Part shown: one piece after another, positions 16,341 through 25,442 of the stretch
How the letters are laid out: every line of letters begins with the position of its first letter
How positions within the stretch are numbered: the stretch's first letter is position 1
Assembly: GCF_030646925.1 (NCBI RefSeq)
Contig: NZ_JAUSKL010000004.1
Location: forward strand, 11,064 to 75,063
Direction: 5' to 3'
Origin: Candidatus Binatus sp.
GTDB taxonomy: Bacteria > Desulfobacterota > Binatia > Binatales > Binataceae
DNA length: 64,000 nt
Program-made: the position numbers and the translations under genes
The notes under the pieces: model-generated
Seen by the model: only the letters and a program-made list of their open reading frames with translations
The model's database searches: none
Told to the model about the DNA's origin: nothing

Positions 16341-17965
16341 TGGCGACGACGATTTACATACCGCGCGATTCGAGCGCGATCTCGCTCGGCGCAAACGAAG
16401 TAGCCGACGCAATCCGCGCTGAGGCGTCGCGCCGCGGTATCGACGTGCGAATCGTGCGCAACGGATCGCGCGGGATGTTCGCGCACGAGCCGATGGTCGA
16501 AGTCGCCACCGCGAATGGCCGAATCGCGTACGGACCGGTCAAGCCGAGCGACGTCGCGTCGATGTTCGACGCTGACTTTATTTCGGGATGCGAGCATCAG
16601 TTGCGGATTGGTGTCGCTGAAAAAATTCCGTATCTGAAATCGCAGACGCGCCTGACGTTCGCGCGCATTGGGGTGATCGATCCAGTTTCGCTCGACGATT
16701 ACGTCGCGCACGGCGGGTATCGCGGGCTCAAGCGCGCGCTCGCGATGAGCTCGGAAAATGTTATCGCGGAAGTCACCAGGTCGGGCCTTCGAGGACGCGG
16801 CGGCGCGGGCTTCCCGACCGGAATCAAGTGGAAGACGGCGTTCGATGCGCCGGCGACGCCGAAGTACGTCGTGTGCAATGCGGACGAAGGCGACTCGGGC
16901 ACGTTTTCGGATCGGATGCTGATGGAAGGCGACCCGTTCACGCTGATCGAGGGCATGACGGTCGCGGCGATCGCGATTGGCGCGCGGCGCGGTTACATCT
17001 ATTTGCGCTCGGAATATCCGCATGCGAAGCGCGCGCTCGCGGAAGCGATCGCGGCGGCCTACGCGAAGAATTATTTGGGCAACGACGTCGCAGGATCGAA
17101 GCATTCGTTCGAGCTGGAAGTGCGGATCGGCGCAGGCGCGTATATCTGCGGCGAGGAAACCGCGATGCTCGAGAGTATCGAGGGCAGGCGCGGGATGGTG
17201 CGCGCGAAGCCGCCGATACCGGCGATTGAGGGACTGTTCGGCAAGCCGACGATCATCAACAACGTGATCTCGTTTGCGACGGTGCCGATTATCATGGAAC
17301 GCGGAGCGGAGTTCTATCGTGAGTTCGGCGGCGGTAATTCGCGCGGCACGATTCCGCTGCAACTCGCGGGCAACGCGAAAAATCCCGGGCTGATCGAAAT
17401 GCCGATGGGCGCGACGCTGCGCGAAATCGTCTATGGTTATGGCGGCGGCACGGCGAGCGGAAAACGGGTGCGTGCGGTGCAGGTCGGCGGGCCGCTCGGC
17501 GCGTATTTCAGCGAATCAATGCTCGACGTCGAGCTTGATTATGAGTCAATCGCGGCGCGGGGCGGTATCCTCGGCCATGGCGGGATCGTGGTGTTCGACG
17601 AGACGGCCGACATGGCGCAGATGGCGCGCTACGCGATGGAATTTTGCGCAATCGAATCGTGCGGGAAATGCACGCCGTGCCGGATTGGATCGACGCGCGG
17701 CGCGGAAGTGATCGACGACATTATCAATCGGCGCCGTAGCCGCGAGAGCCTGGAGATCCTGCGCGACCTTTGCGATACGATGAAGTATGGATCGCTCTGC
17801 CTGCTCGGTGGACTCACGCCGCTGCCGGTGCTGAGCGCGCTCAAATTTTTTCCGGAGGACTTCGGGCTCGACGAGGCTGACGTCGAGTTTATCGGGCCGG
17901 ACCTCACGGTTTCAACGATGCGAACTTCGAACGCGGTGACATCGAATGCGATCGCGCCAAGATAG
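16340..17965 (+). CDS. fdsB: NAD-dependent formate dehydrogenase beta subunit (NuoF-like, FMN/4Fe-4S)
   Basis: IYIPRDSSAISLGA, SGLRGRGGAGFPTGIKW, CNADEGDSGTFSDR, GAGAYICGEET, ESCGKCTPCR..SLC. Confidence 0.95.
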   Translation: MATTIYIPRDSSAISLGANEVADAIRAEASRRGIDVRIVRNGSRGMFAHEPMVEVATANGRIAYGPVKPSDVASMFDADFISGCEHQLRIGVAEKIPYLKSQTRLTFARIGVIDPVSLDDYVAHGGYRGLKRALAMSSENVIAEVTRSGLRGRGGAGFPTGIKWKTAFDAPATPKYVVCNADEGDSGTFSDRMLMEGDPFTLIEGMTVAAIAIGARRGYIYLRSEYPHAKRALAEAIAAAYAKNYLGNDVAGSKHSFELEVRIGAGAYICGEETAMLESIEGRRGMVRAKPPIPAIEGLFGKPTIINNVISFATVPIIMERGAEFYREFGGGNSRGTIPLQLAGNAKNPGLIEMPMGATLREIVYGYGGGTASGKRVRAVQVGGPLGAYFSESMLDVELDYESIAARGGILGHGGIVVFDETADMAQMARYAMEFCAIESCGKCTPCRIGSTRGAEVIDDIINRRRSRESLEILRDLCDTMKYGSLCLLGGLTPLPVLSALKFFPEDFGLDEADVEFIGPDLTVSTMRTSNAVTSNAIAPR

Positions 17966-20741
17966 CGATTTCTCGACCCCGCGCCGCGAGTCGGCGCGAA
18001 CCGTCACGCTGGAGATCGACGGCCGTCCGGTCGCGGTGCCCGAAGGAACGTCGGTGATTCGCGCCGCGGCGGAGGCGGGTATCAACATTCCGAAACTGTG
18101 CGCGACCGATTCGCTCGAGCCGTTCGGATCGTGCCGGCTCTGCCTGGTCGAAATCGAAGGACAAAAAGGTTACCCGGCCTCGTGCACGACGCCGGTGCGC
18201 GACGGCTTGAAGGTTCGCACCGAGAGTCCGGCGCTCGCGCGGCTGCGCCGCGGCGTGATGGAACTCTATATTTCGGATCATCCGCTCGATTGCCTCACCT
18301 GTCCGGCGAACGGCAATTGCGAATTGCAGGACATGGCGGGTGCAGTCGGGCTGCGCGAGGTGCGTTATCGCGCCGGCGCGAATCATCTGCACGCGGAAAA
18401 AGACACGTCGAATCCGTATTTCACCTTCGATCCGTCGAAGTGCATCGTGTGTTCGCGATGCGTCCGTGCGTGCGAGGAAGTGCAGGGCACGTATGCGCTG
18501 ACGATCGATGGGCGCGGTTTTTCGTCGGTAGTCTCGCCGGGACAAAAGCAATCGTTCGCCGCGTCCGAATGCGTTTCGTGCGGCGCCTGCGTGCAGGCGT
18601 GTCCGACGGCGACGCTGATGGAAAATTCGGTGATCGAGCTCGGACAGCCGGAGCATAGCGTGGTCACGACGTGTGGCTATTGCGGCGTCGGCTGCTCGTT
18701 CCGCGCGGAGATGAAAGGCGACCTGGTGGCGCGGATGGCGCCGAATCCCAACGGGCAGGCGAATCATGGGCATTCGTGCGTCAAGGGCCGCTTCGCGTGG
18801 GGCTATGCGACGCATCCCGATCGAGTCATGCGGCCGATGATTCGCAAATCGATCGATCAGCCGTGGAACGAAGTCTCGTGGGACGAAGCGATCGCTTACG
18901 CGGCGTCGGAGTTCAAGCGAATCCAGCAAAAATACGGACGCGGCTCGATCGGCGCGATCACGTCGTCGCGATGCACCAACGAGGAAACGTTCCTGGTGCA
19001 GAAACTGGTGCGCGCGGTGTTCGGCAACAACAACGTCGATACCTGCGCGCGCGTTTGTCATTCGCCGACCGGCTACGGACTCAAGACCGCGTTCGGCACT
19101 TCGGCGACGACGCAGGATTTCGATTCGGTGATGCAAGCCGACGTGATGATGGTGATCGGCGCCAACGTGACGGAAGGGCATCCGGTGTTCGCGGCGCAGA
19201 TGAAGCGGCGGCTCCGCCAGGGCGCGCGGCTTATCGTGATCGATCCGCGGGTGACGGAGATCGTGCGATTGCCGCACGTGGCGGCGTCGTATCATTTGCA
19301 GCTCAAGCCGGGGACCAACGTCGCGCTCATCAACGCGATCGCGCACGTGATCGTCACCGAAGATTTGATTGATGAGAAATTCGTGGCGGAGCGATGCGAT
19401 CCGCGCGAGTTCGAAACGTGGAAGCGATTTATCGCGGACGAGCGCAACTCGCCGGAAGCGGCGGAGAAAATCACGGGCGTCGCGGCGGAGCAGATTCGCG
19501 GCGCCGCGCGGATGTATGCGAATGCGCCGAACGGCGCGATCTATTACGGACTCGGCGTCACGGAGCATAGCCAGGGCAGCACGATGGTGCTCGGGATCGC
19601 GAACCTCGCGATGATCACCGGCAATATCGGGCGGCTCGGCGTCGGGGTGAATCCGCTGCGCGGGCAGAACAACGTGCAAGGCGCGTGTGACATGGGATCG
19701 TTCCCGCATGAGTTCAGCGGCTATCGGCATATTTCGGATCCGGTGGTGCGCGCGACCTTCGACGCGGCGTGGGGCGTGCAGGTCGATCCGGAGCCGGGCC
19801 TGCGGATTCCGAACATGTTCGACGCGGCGCTCGACGGCAGCTTCATGGGGCTGTACGTGCAGGGCGAAGACGTCGCGCAATCGGAGCCGAACGGCAAGCA
19901 CGTCACCGCGGCGTTGCAGGCGATGGAATGCATCGTGGTGCAGGATTTGTTCATGAATGAGACCGCGCAGTACGCGCACGTTTTTCTGCCGGGCTCGTCG
20001 TTCCTCGAAAAGAACGGCACGTTTACCAACAGCGAGCGGCGAATCTCGATGGTGCGGAAGGTGACGGCGCCAATAGCTGGCAAGGAAGACTGGGAAATCA
20101 CCTGCGAACTCGCGACGGCGCTCGGCTATCCGATGAAGTATCGGCATCCGTCGGAAATCATGGATGAGATCGCGCGGCTGACGCCGACCTTTTCGGGCGT
20201 GAGTTACGCAAAGCTCGAGCGGCTCGGCTCGGTGCAATGGCCGTGTAATGACAAGGCGCCGGCGGGCACGCCGGTGATGCATATCGGCGAGTTCGTGCGC
20301 GGCAAGGGCAAGCTCTCGATTACTGAGTATGTACCAACTGAGGAACGGACGAATAGCCAGTTCCCGCTGATACTGACTACCGGTCGAATACTAACTCAAT
20401 ATAATGTTGGTACTCAGACGCGGCGAACGGCGAATGCCTCGATGCACGCGGAAGATCGGCTCGAGATTCATCCGGCGGACGCGGAACTGCGCGGGATTCG
20501 CGACGGCGACATGGTCGCGGTCGCAGCGCGGCGCGGCGAGACGCGGCTCCGCGCGTCGATCACGGAGCGGGTGCAGCCGGGCGTGGTGTACACGACGTTT
20601 CATCATCCGGAATCGCACACCAACGACCTGATGAGCGAGCATTCGGACTGGGCGACCAACTGCCCTGAGTACAAGGTGACCGCGGTGCAGGTCAAGGCGC
20701 TGGCGGCGTCGGAGCAGGCGCGCGCGGCCGCGGGCGGCTGA
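17946..20741 (+). CDS. fdsA: NAD-dependent formate dehydrogenase alpha subunit (Mo-bisPGD, Cys-type)
   Basis: IPKLCATDSLEPFGSCRLC, HPLDCLTC, CIVCSRCVRAC, TTCGYCGVGC, DTCARVCHSPT, NPLRGQNNVQG, WATNCPEYKVTAVQV. Confidence 0.96.
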   Translation: MRSRQDSDFSTPRRESARTVTLEIDGRPVAVPEGTSVIRAAAEAGINIPKLCATDSLEPFGSCRLCLVEIEGQKGYPASCTTPVRDGLKVRTESPALARLRRGVMELYISDHPLDCLTCPANGNCELQDMAGAVGLREVRYRAGANHLHAEKDTSNPYFTFDPSKCIVCSRCVRACEEVQGTYALTIDGRGFSSVVSPGQKQSFAASECVSCGACVQACPTATLMENSVIELGQPEHSVVTTCGYCGVGCSFRAEMKGDLVARMAPNPNGQANHGHSCVKGRFAWGYATHPDRVMRPMIRKSIDQPWNEVSWDEAIAYAASEFKRIQQKYGRGSIGAITSSRCTNEETFLVQKLVRAVFGNNNVDTCARVCHSPTGYGLKTAFGTSATTQDFDSVMQADVMMVIGANVTEGHPVFAAQMKRRLRQGARLIVIDPRVTEIVRLPHVAASYHLQLKPGTNVALINAIAHVIVTEDLIDEKFVAERCDPREFETWKRFIADERNSPEAAEKITGVAAEQIRGAARMYANAPNGAIYYGLGVTEHSQGSTMVLGIANLAMITGNIGRLGVGVNPLRGQNNVQGACDMGSFPHEFSGYRHISDPVVRATFDAAWGVQVDPEPGLRIPNMFDAALDGSFMGLYVQGEDVAQSEPNGKHVTAALQAMECIVVQDLFMNETAQYAHVFLPGSSFLEKNGTFTNSERRISMVRKVTAPIAGKEDWEITCELATALGYPMKYRHPSEIMDEIARLTPTFSGVSYAKLERLGSVQWPCNDKAPAGTPVMHIGEFVRGKGKLSITEYVPTEERTNSQFPLILTTGRILTQYNVGTQTRRTANASMHAEDRLEIHPADAELRGIRDGDMVAVAARRGETRLRASITERVQPGVVYTTFHHPESHTNDLMSEHSDWATNCPEYKVTAVQVKALAASEQARAAAGG

Positions 20742-20761
20742 CGACTTCGCGCGAAAAACAG

Positions 20762-21007
20762 GTGGATATCGAGCACCTCGTCATGATGGCCAACGATATC
20801 GGCGCATACTTTGCGGGATATCCTAGCCATGATGAAGCGGTCGTCGCGATTGAGCATCATCTGAGGCATTTCTGGGAACCGCGGATGCGGCGCGATCTGA
20901 TCGAATACGCGGCGCGCGGCGGCGCGGGACTGAAGCCACTGGTGCGCGAAGCGATCGACCTGATGGCGCGACAAACCGGACCCGAAGCGGAAGACCGCAA
21001 CGACTAG
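20762..21007 (+). CDS. fdsD: Formate dehydrogenase delta subunit FdsD
   Basis: LVMMANDIGAYF...HLRHFWEPRMRRDL...GLKPLVREAI. Confidence 0.9.
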   Translation: MDIEHLVMMANDIGAYFAGYPSHDEAVVAIEHHLRHFWEPRMRRDLIEYAARGGAGLKPLVREAIDLMARQTGPEAEDRND

Positions 21008-21011
21008 AATC

Positions 21012-21836
21012 GTGGCGATCGATTCGACAGATCGGATTCGCCGGCGCGACATCGTGAAATGGCAGCGCGGGCGGACCTCGCCGCGCGCGGAAGATCTGGC
21101 GGTCGAAGAGCCGCTCGAGATCCGGCTCGGCGGGCGGCGCTTCACGCTCACGATGCGCACGCCGGGGCACGACGAGGAACTCGCGGCGGGATTTTTATTC
21201 GCCGAGGGATTCATCGATCAGGCGTCGGAGCTGGGCGAAATTCGCCGCGTGCGCGGGCGCAAGGGCGAGCCGGAGCCGAACGCGATTGACGTGATTTTGA
21301 ATGTACCCGCGGAGCGAATGCGCGCGCGCCTCAAGCGAAATTTTGTGATGAGCTCGAGCTGCGGGGTGTGCGGCAAGACCAGTATCGATTCGATTCGGCG
21401 GCGCGTCGAAAGTCCGGCGGATTCGGCGGTCGTCTCGCCGGCCGTGCTGCTTACGCTCGCCGCGAAGCTGCGCGAGGGCCAGCAGATTTTTGCTGCGACC
21501 GGAGGACTGCACGGCGCCGCGATCTTCGATCTCGACGGCGCGATGCTCGCGATTCGCGAGGACGTCGGCCGTCACAACGCAGTCGACAAGGCGATCGGGT
21601 ATGCGCTCGCGAATGCGATGCTGCCGTTGTCGCGGCATCTGATGATGGTGAGCGGGCGGCTGAGCTTCGAGATCGTGCAGAAGGCCGCCGCCGCGGGCGT
21701 GCCGATCCTCGCGGCGGTGTCGGCGCCGTCGTCGCTGGCGGTCGAGCTGGCCGACGAGATCGGCACCACGCTGGTGGGATTTCTGCGCAACGGCAGCTTC
21801 AATATCTACACGCGCCCGGATCGAATCTCGGGATGA
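21012..21836 (+). CDS. fdhD: Formate dehydrogenase accessory sulfurtransferase FdhD/FdsC
   Basis: LAVEEPLEI, MRTPGHDEELAAGFL, SSCGVCG, FAATGGLHGAA, REDVGRHNAVDK, SGRLSFEIVQKA, SAPSSLA. Confidence 0.95.
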   Translation: MAIDSTDRIRRRDIVKWQRGRTSPRAEDLAVEEPLEIRLGGRRFTLTMRTPGHDEELAAGFLFAEGFIDQASELGEIRRVRGRKGEPEPNAIDVILNVPAERMRARLKRNFVMSSSCGVCGKTSIDSIRRRVESPADSAVVSPAVLLTLAAKLREGQQIFAATGGLHGAAIFDLDGAMLAIREDVGRHNAVDKAIGYALANAMLPLSRHLMMVSGRLSFEIVQKAAAAGVPILAAVSAPSSLAVELADEIGTTLVGFLRNGSFNIYTRPDRISG

Positions 21837-21910
21837 GCGATCAGCAGGCATGGCATAGCCGCCGGAACGATCTGGCGCTGAGCGCCGCTTCATTGCCCGC
21901 GCCGCTTCGA

Positions 21911-21931
21911 TGTAATACGACGTGTAATACG
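21911..21931 (+). promoter_or_regulatory. Tandem TGTAATACG repeat, a likely autoregulatory operator of the TA operon
   Basis: Perfect 9-mer at 21911-21919 and 21923-21931, immediately upstream of the RHH antitoxin start. Confidence 0.45.
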
Positions 21932-21941
21932 GTAGAAGAAA

Positions 21942-22256
21942 ATGGCTACAATGAGCATACGACTCGACGCGGAAACGACGGTGTCTATCGAGCGTTTGGC
22001 GCGCGAGAAGGGAAAGAGCAAGTCCGAGATCGTGCGCGACGCGCTTCGCCAATACGCCAAGCGCGACGGCGTTCGTTCTCATCATGGCGAAACCCTTTAC
22101 GATCGAATCAAGGACATCGTCGGAAGCTGCAGTGGCGGCGATGCAGCCCTGTCAGTGGACACGGGTCGAAAGTACGCGGAAATGCTGTGGGAGGAGCGCC
22201 GTGCAAAGCTTGCTCGTGGACGCCGGCCCCCTAATCGCGCTCATCGATCGAGATGA
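21942..22256 (+). CDS. CopG/ribbon-helix-helix antitoxin (VapB-type)
   Basis: MSIRLDAETTVSIERLAREKGKSKSEIVRDAL RHH motif; lies directly upstream of a PIN toxin. Confidence 0.8.
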   Translation: MATMSIRLDAETTVSIERLAREKGKSKSEIVRDALRQYAKRDGVRSHHGETLYDRIKDIVGSCSGGDAALSVDTGRKYAEMLWEERRAKLARGRRPPNRAHRSR

Positions 22257-22605
22257 TCCTTGGCATGCTGCGTGCCGAGACGCTGTAGAGATTCAGGACC
22301 GGCTGCTAACCGTGTGGCCTGCCTTTGCTGAAGCTATGTACATGCTGGGCAAGATCGGCGGTCAGGACCAGCTATTTGAACTCGTCGATCGGCATGCGAT
22401 TGGGTTCGCGTCTCTTGGCCCGGCGGATTTTCCGCGGATGCGCGAACTGATGCGCAAGTATCGCGACTTGCCGATGGATCTTGCGGACGCCGCGTTGGTG
22501 CGCGTGGCGGAGCGGGAAAAGATCAGTCGGATCTTCACGACCGACCGGGGCGATTTCGAACTCTACCGGCCGCATCGGCTCGGACGTTTCCGTATACTCC
22601 CTTAG
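22201..22605 (+). CDS. vapC: PIN-domain toxin (VapC family); start GTG 22201
   Basis: LLVDAGPLIALIDRDDPWH, AEAMYML, YRDLPMDLADAALV, IFTTDRGDF; GGAGGAG RBS just upstream. Confidence 0.9.
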   Translation: MQSLLVDAGPLIALIDRDDPWHAACRDAVEIQDRLLTVWPAFAEAMYMLGKIGGQDQLFELVDRHAIGFASLGPADFPRMRELMRKYRDLPMDLADAALVRVAEREKISRIFTTDRGDFELYRPHRLGRFRILP

Positions 22606-22746
22606 ATGATTCAATCGCCATCTGGCGCGGCCCCTTGAGCGTGCGGAAGGCGCGGCGATAACCTATAGAGTCATGCCGACTCAATTTCTAGCGACTCGGC
22701 CCTCCGGCCCGAGTCGGCTTCGCGTTAAATCAGGCCGGGTTCGCTG

Positions 22747-24501
22747 ATGTATCCGCGAAGGCGGGCGCTCGAGCGAATCGCACGCGAGAAAGTTCTGTAC
22801 GACCGCCATCCCGGCGGCGACATCGCAGTCTGCGTGATCTACCCGAATCAGTATCGGCTCGGGATGGCGAATCTCGGCTTCCAGGCGGTGTTCCATATTT
22901 TCGAATCGGACCCGCGCGTCGCGGCAGATCGCGCATTTCTGCCCGATCCCGACGAGCGCGAGCAATTCGCGACCGGCGCCGAGCGGCTGGTGTCGTTCGA
23001 GCGCGGGCGGCCGCTTTCGGATTTCGACATCCTGGCGTTCTCGATTTCGTTCGAGACCGACTACCTGAATGTTTTGCGAGTGCTGAAGATAGCCGGGATT
23101 CCGGCGCGGCGTTGCGATCGCGCGGGGCGAAGTTTTCCGCTGATCGTTGCGGGCGGCTCGGCAGTTTTTTTGAATCCGGAGCCGATCGCCGACTTTATCG
23201 ATCTGTTTCTGATCGGCGAAGGCGAAGAGATGGTGCCCGAGTTTCTCGAGCGCTATCAGATGACGCGCGGCGCGCCCAATCAAATGCGCGAACTGGCGAG
23301 CGTCGAGGGTGCGTACGTTCCTGAATACTACGCGCCGGTGTACGACGAGACCGGCCGCCTGCAATCGGTGGCGTACTCGGGACCGGGCGGCGCGCAGGTG
23401 AATCGCCGCCTTATTCGCGACTTGAATCGATTCCCGACGTCGTCGTTGATTCTCACCGACGAATCAGTCTTCGGCGACATGTTTTTGGTCGAGGCGAGCC
23501 GCGGCTGCCAGTGGGGATGCCGCTTTTGCGCGGCGGGATTCATGTACCGGCCGATTCGTTATCGCAAGCCGGAGAATCTGATCGCCGAAGCGGAACGCGG
23601 ACTTGGCGAGCGCCGCGTGATCGGACTTGTCGGCGCGGAGATGGCGAGCGTGCCGGGAGTGGCGGAGATCGCGTCGAGGATCGCGGATAAGGGCGGGCGG
23701 CTTTCGCCGTCATCGCTGAAGGCGGATTGCATCTCGCCGGCGTTGGCGTCGGCGCTCGCGCGCGGCGGAAATCAGACGGTGACGGTGGCGCCGGAGGCCG
23801 GCAGCGAGCGGATGCGCAAGGTCATCAACAAGAATCTCACCGAGGTGGAGATTCTGCGCGCGGCCGAGATGATGCTCGGCGAGGGCGTCGCGCACCTGAA
23901 ATTTTATTTCATGATCGGACTCCCCGAGGAGCGCGACGAGGATGTGGTCGCGATCGCGGAGTTGGTGGAAAAAGTGCTGACGCGGGCGCGCGCGCGGCGC
24001 ACGCGAATCGGCTCGGTGACGGTGTCGCTCAATCCGTTCGTGCCGAAGCCTTGGACGCCGTTTCAATGGGATCCGATGCGCGACGCGCGTGAAATCAAGC
24101 GCAAGGTTGCGATGCTGCGCTCACGCGTGATGCGGCTGGGGCAGGTGGAACTCGACGCGGAATCGCCGCGCGATGCGTACTTTCAGACGCTGGTGTCGCG
24201 CGGAGATCGGCGCGTCGCGGGAATTTTAGAGCGGCTGGAAGCGTCGGGCGCGGAAGGCGCCGGAGCGATCTGGCACGAACTGCAAAAGATTCAGCGCGAG
24301 GCGCGCGACCGCGCGAGCGATTTGCCCGATCCGGATTTTTACGTGACGCGCAGCTACGATCATGACGAGTTGCTGCCGTGGGATTTTATCGATCATCATA
24401 TCTACAAGTGGTTTTTGGCCGCGGAACGAAAGAAAGCGCATTTTGAGCATCAGAGTCCGCCTTGCGATGTCGTCCGATGCACTGTGTGTGGGGCGTGTTG
24501 A
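22747..24501 (+). CDS. Radical SAM protein (TIGR03960/YgiQ-like, with B12-binding-like N-region)
   Basis: YPNQYRLGMANLG, VEASRGCQWGCRFC (CxxxCxxC), VAPEAGSERMR, YFMIGLP, FVPKPWTPFQW, C-terminal CxxCxxCGAC-like motif. Confidence 0.88.
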   Translation: MYPRRRALERIAREKVLYDRHPGGDIAVCVIYPNQYRLGMANLGFQAVFHIFESDPRVAADRAFLPDPDEREQFATGAERLVSFERGRPLSDFDILAFSISFETDYLNVLRVLKIAGIPARRCDRAGRSFPLIVAGGSAVFLNPEPIADFIDLFLIGEGEEMVPEFLERYQMTRGAPNQMRELASVEGAYVPEYYAPVYDETGRLQSVAYSGPGGAQVNRRLIRDLNRFPTSSLILTDESVFGDMFLVEASRGCQWGCRFCAAGFMYRPIRYRKPENLIAEAERGLGERRVIGLVGAEMASVPGVAEIASRIADKGGRLSPSSLKADCISPALASALARGGNQTVTVAPEAGSERMRKVINKNLTEVEILRAAEMMLGEGVAHLKFYFMIGLPEERDEDVVAIAELVEKVLTRARARRTRIGSVTVSLNPFVPKPWTPFQWDPMRDAREIKRKVAMLRSRVMRLGQVELDAESPRDAYFQTLVSRGDRRVAGILERLEASGAEGAGAIWHELQKIQREARDRASDLPDPDFYVTRSYDHDELLPWDFIDHHIYKWFLAAERKKAHFEHQSPPCDVVRCTVCGAC

Positions 24502-24531
24502 TGGGTGGGAGAAGTAGAGGGCGGCTGGCAG

Positions 24532-25311
24532 ATGGTTCGACCTATCGCGCTAAATTTTAATCGCGATTTTTGCGGCGGGATACGGCGGGCGGTGGTTGCG
24601 GCGATCGTGCTGATCGCGGCGGCGGCGATCGGTGGCGCTTCGCCGCGTGCATTCGCGGCGGGCATGGCGGAGGAGGACGTGCCGGCGACGTCGGTCGTGC
24701 CGGATTCGACGGAAAGCGCGCCGGCGCCTCCGAGCCTACCGCCGGCGAGCAAGCCGAAGACGAAAGCGGCGGCGCATCCATCGGCGGAGGGGGCCACCGG
24801 CGTGGAAGAAACCGCACCGCCGGCTGCGCCGAAACACACGACCTCGAGCACCTCGCGGACCCGCACGGCGACGAGTCATCATACGTCGAGCCATACCAGC
24901 GCGGCGCCGCAGCACGTCGAAGTCGAGTCGGCAAACGCGCGTCTCAAACTGGTCCAGGACACGCCGGCGTTTTCGTCGCCGTCGAAGAAGAGCCGGCATC
25001 TCGAGCAACTCCATATCGACAAGTTCGTCAATGTGACCGGCAGCACCAGGTACTTTCTGCAGGTGAAGCTCAAGAATGGCGAAGTGGCGTACGTCGAGCC
25101 GGCAGCGGTTAGCCTGATCAAAACTACCGACAAGATTTTTCAGCTCACGCACAACGCGGCGGTGCTCGAGAAGCCGAATCGATGGGCCAAGAAAGTTGCC
25201 GAAGTGCATCAGCCGCACAACGTCCACGTGATCGGAATCGCGCTCGACTACATGATGATCAAGATGAAGAGCGGGCTGGTAGGATTCATCCCGGTGTCGG
25301 CGCTGCAGTAG
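24532..25311 (+). CDS. Exported protein with Pro/Ala/Ser/Thr-rich linker and two bacterial SH3-like domains
   Basis: Signal peptide ending AFA; low-complexity linker; VNVTGSTRYFLQVKLKNGEVAYV and VHVIGIALDYMMIKMKSGLVGFI. Confidence 0.6.
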   Translation: MVRPIALNFNRDFCGGIRRAVVAAIVLIAAAAIGGASPRAFAAGMAEEDVPATSVVPDSTESAPAPPSLPPASKPKTKAAAHPSAEGATGVEETAPPAAPKHTTSSTSRTRTATSHHTSSHTSAAPQHVEVESANARLKLVQDTPAFSSPSKKSRHLEQLHIDKFVNVTGSTRYFLQVKLKNGEVAYVEPAAVSLIKTTDKIFQLTHNAAVLEKPNRWAKKVAEVHQPHNVHVIGIALDYMMIKMKSGLVGFIPVSALQ

Positions 25312-25442
25312 AAGGTCGTGCACCTGTGCGATTGATGCCAGCGTCGGCGCGCGATGCTCCCCCTCGACGATGGCCGCGCGATGCGGTTATAAGTCTCAGC
25401 GGAAGTCCCAAGTGAGCGCGACCTCCGGCCGGAGATTTATCG

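Noticed and set aside
17904-20282. Long antisense or alternate-frame ORFs (for example 17904-20282 -, 12769-14319 +, 32532-34028 +, 48919-50793 -, 51221-52801 -)
   Set aside because: These are shadow ORFs of well-supported high-GC genes. They are Arg/Ala/His-rich and have no recognisable motifs.
17946-20741. Selenocysteine recoding in the FDH alpha subunit
   Set aside because: The ORF is continuous and the active-site position is Cys (DTCARVCHSPT), with no in-frame TGA.
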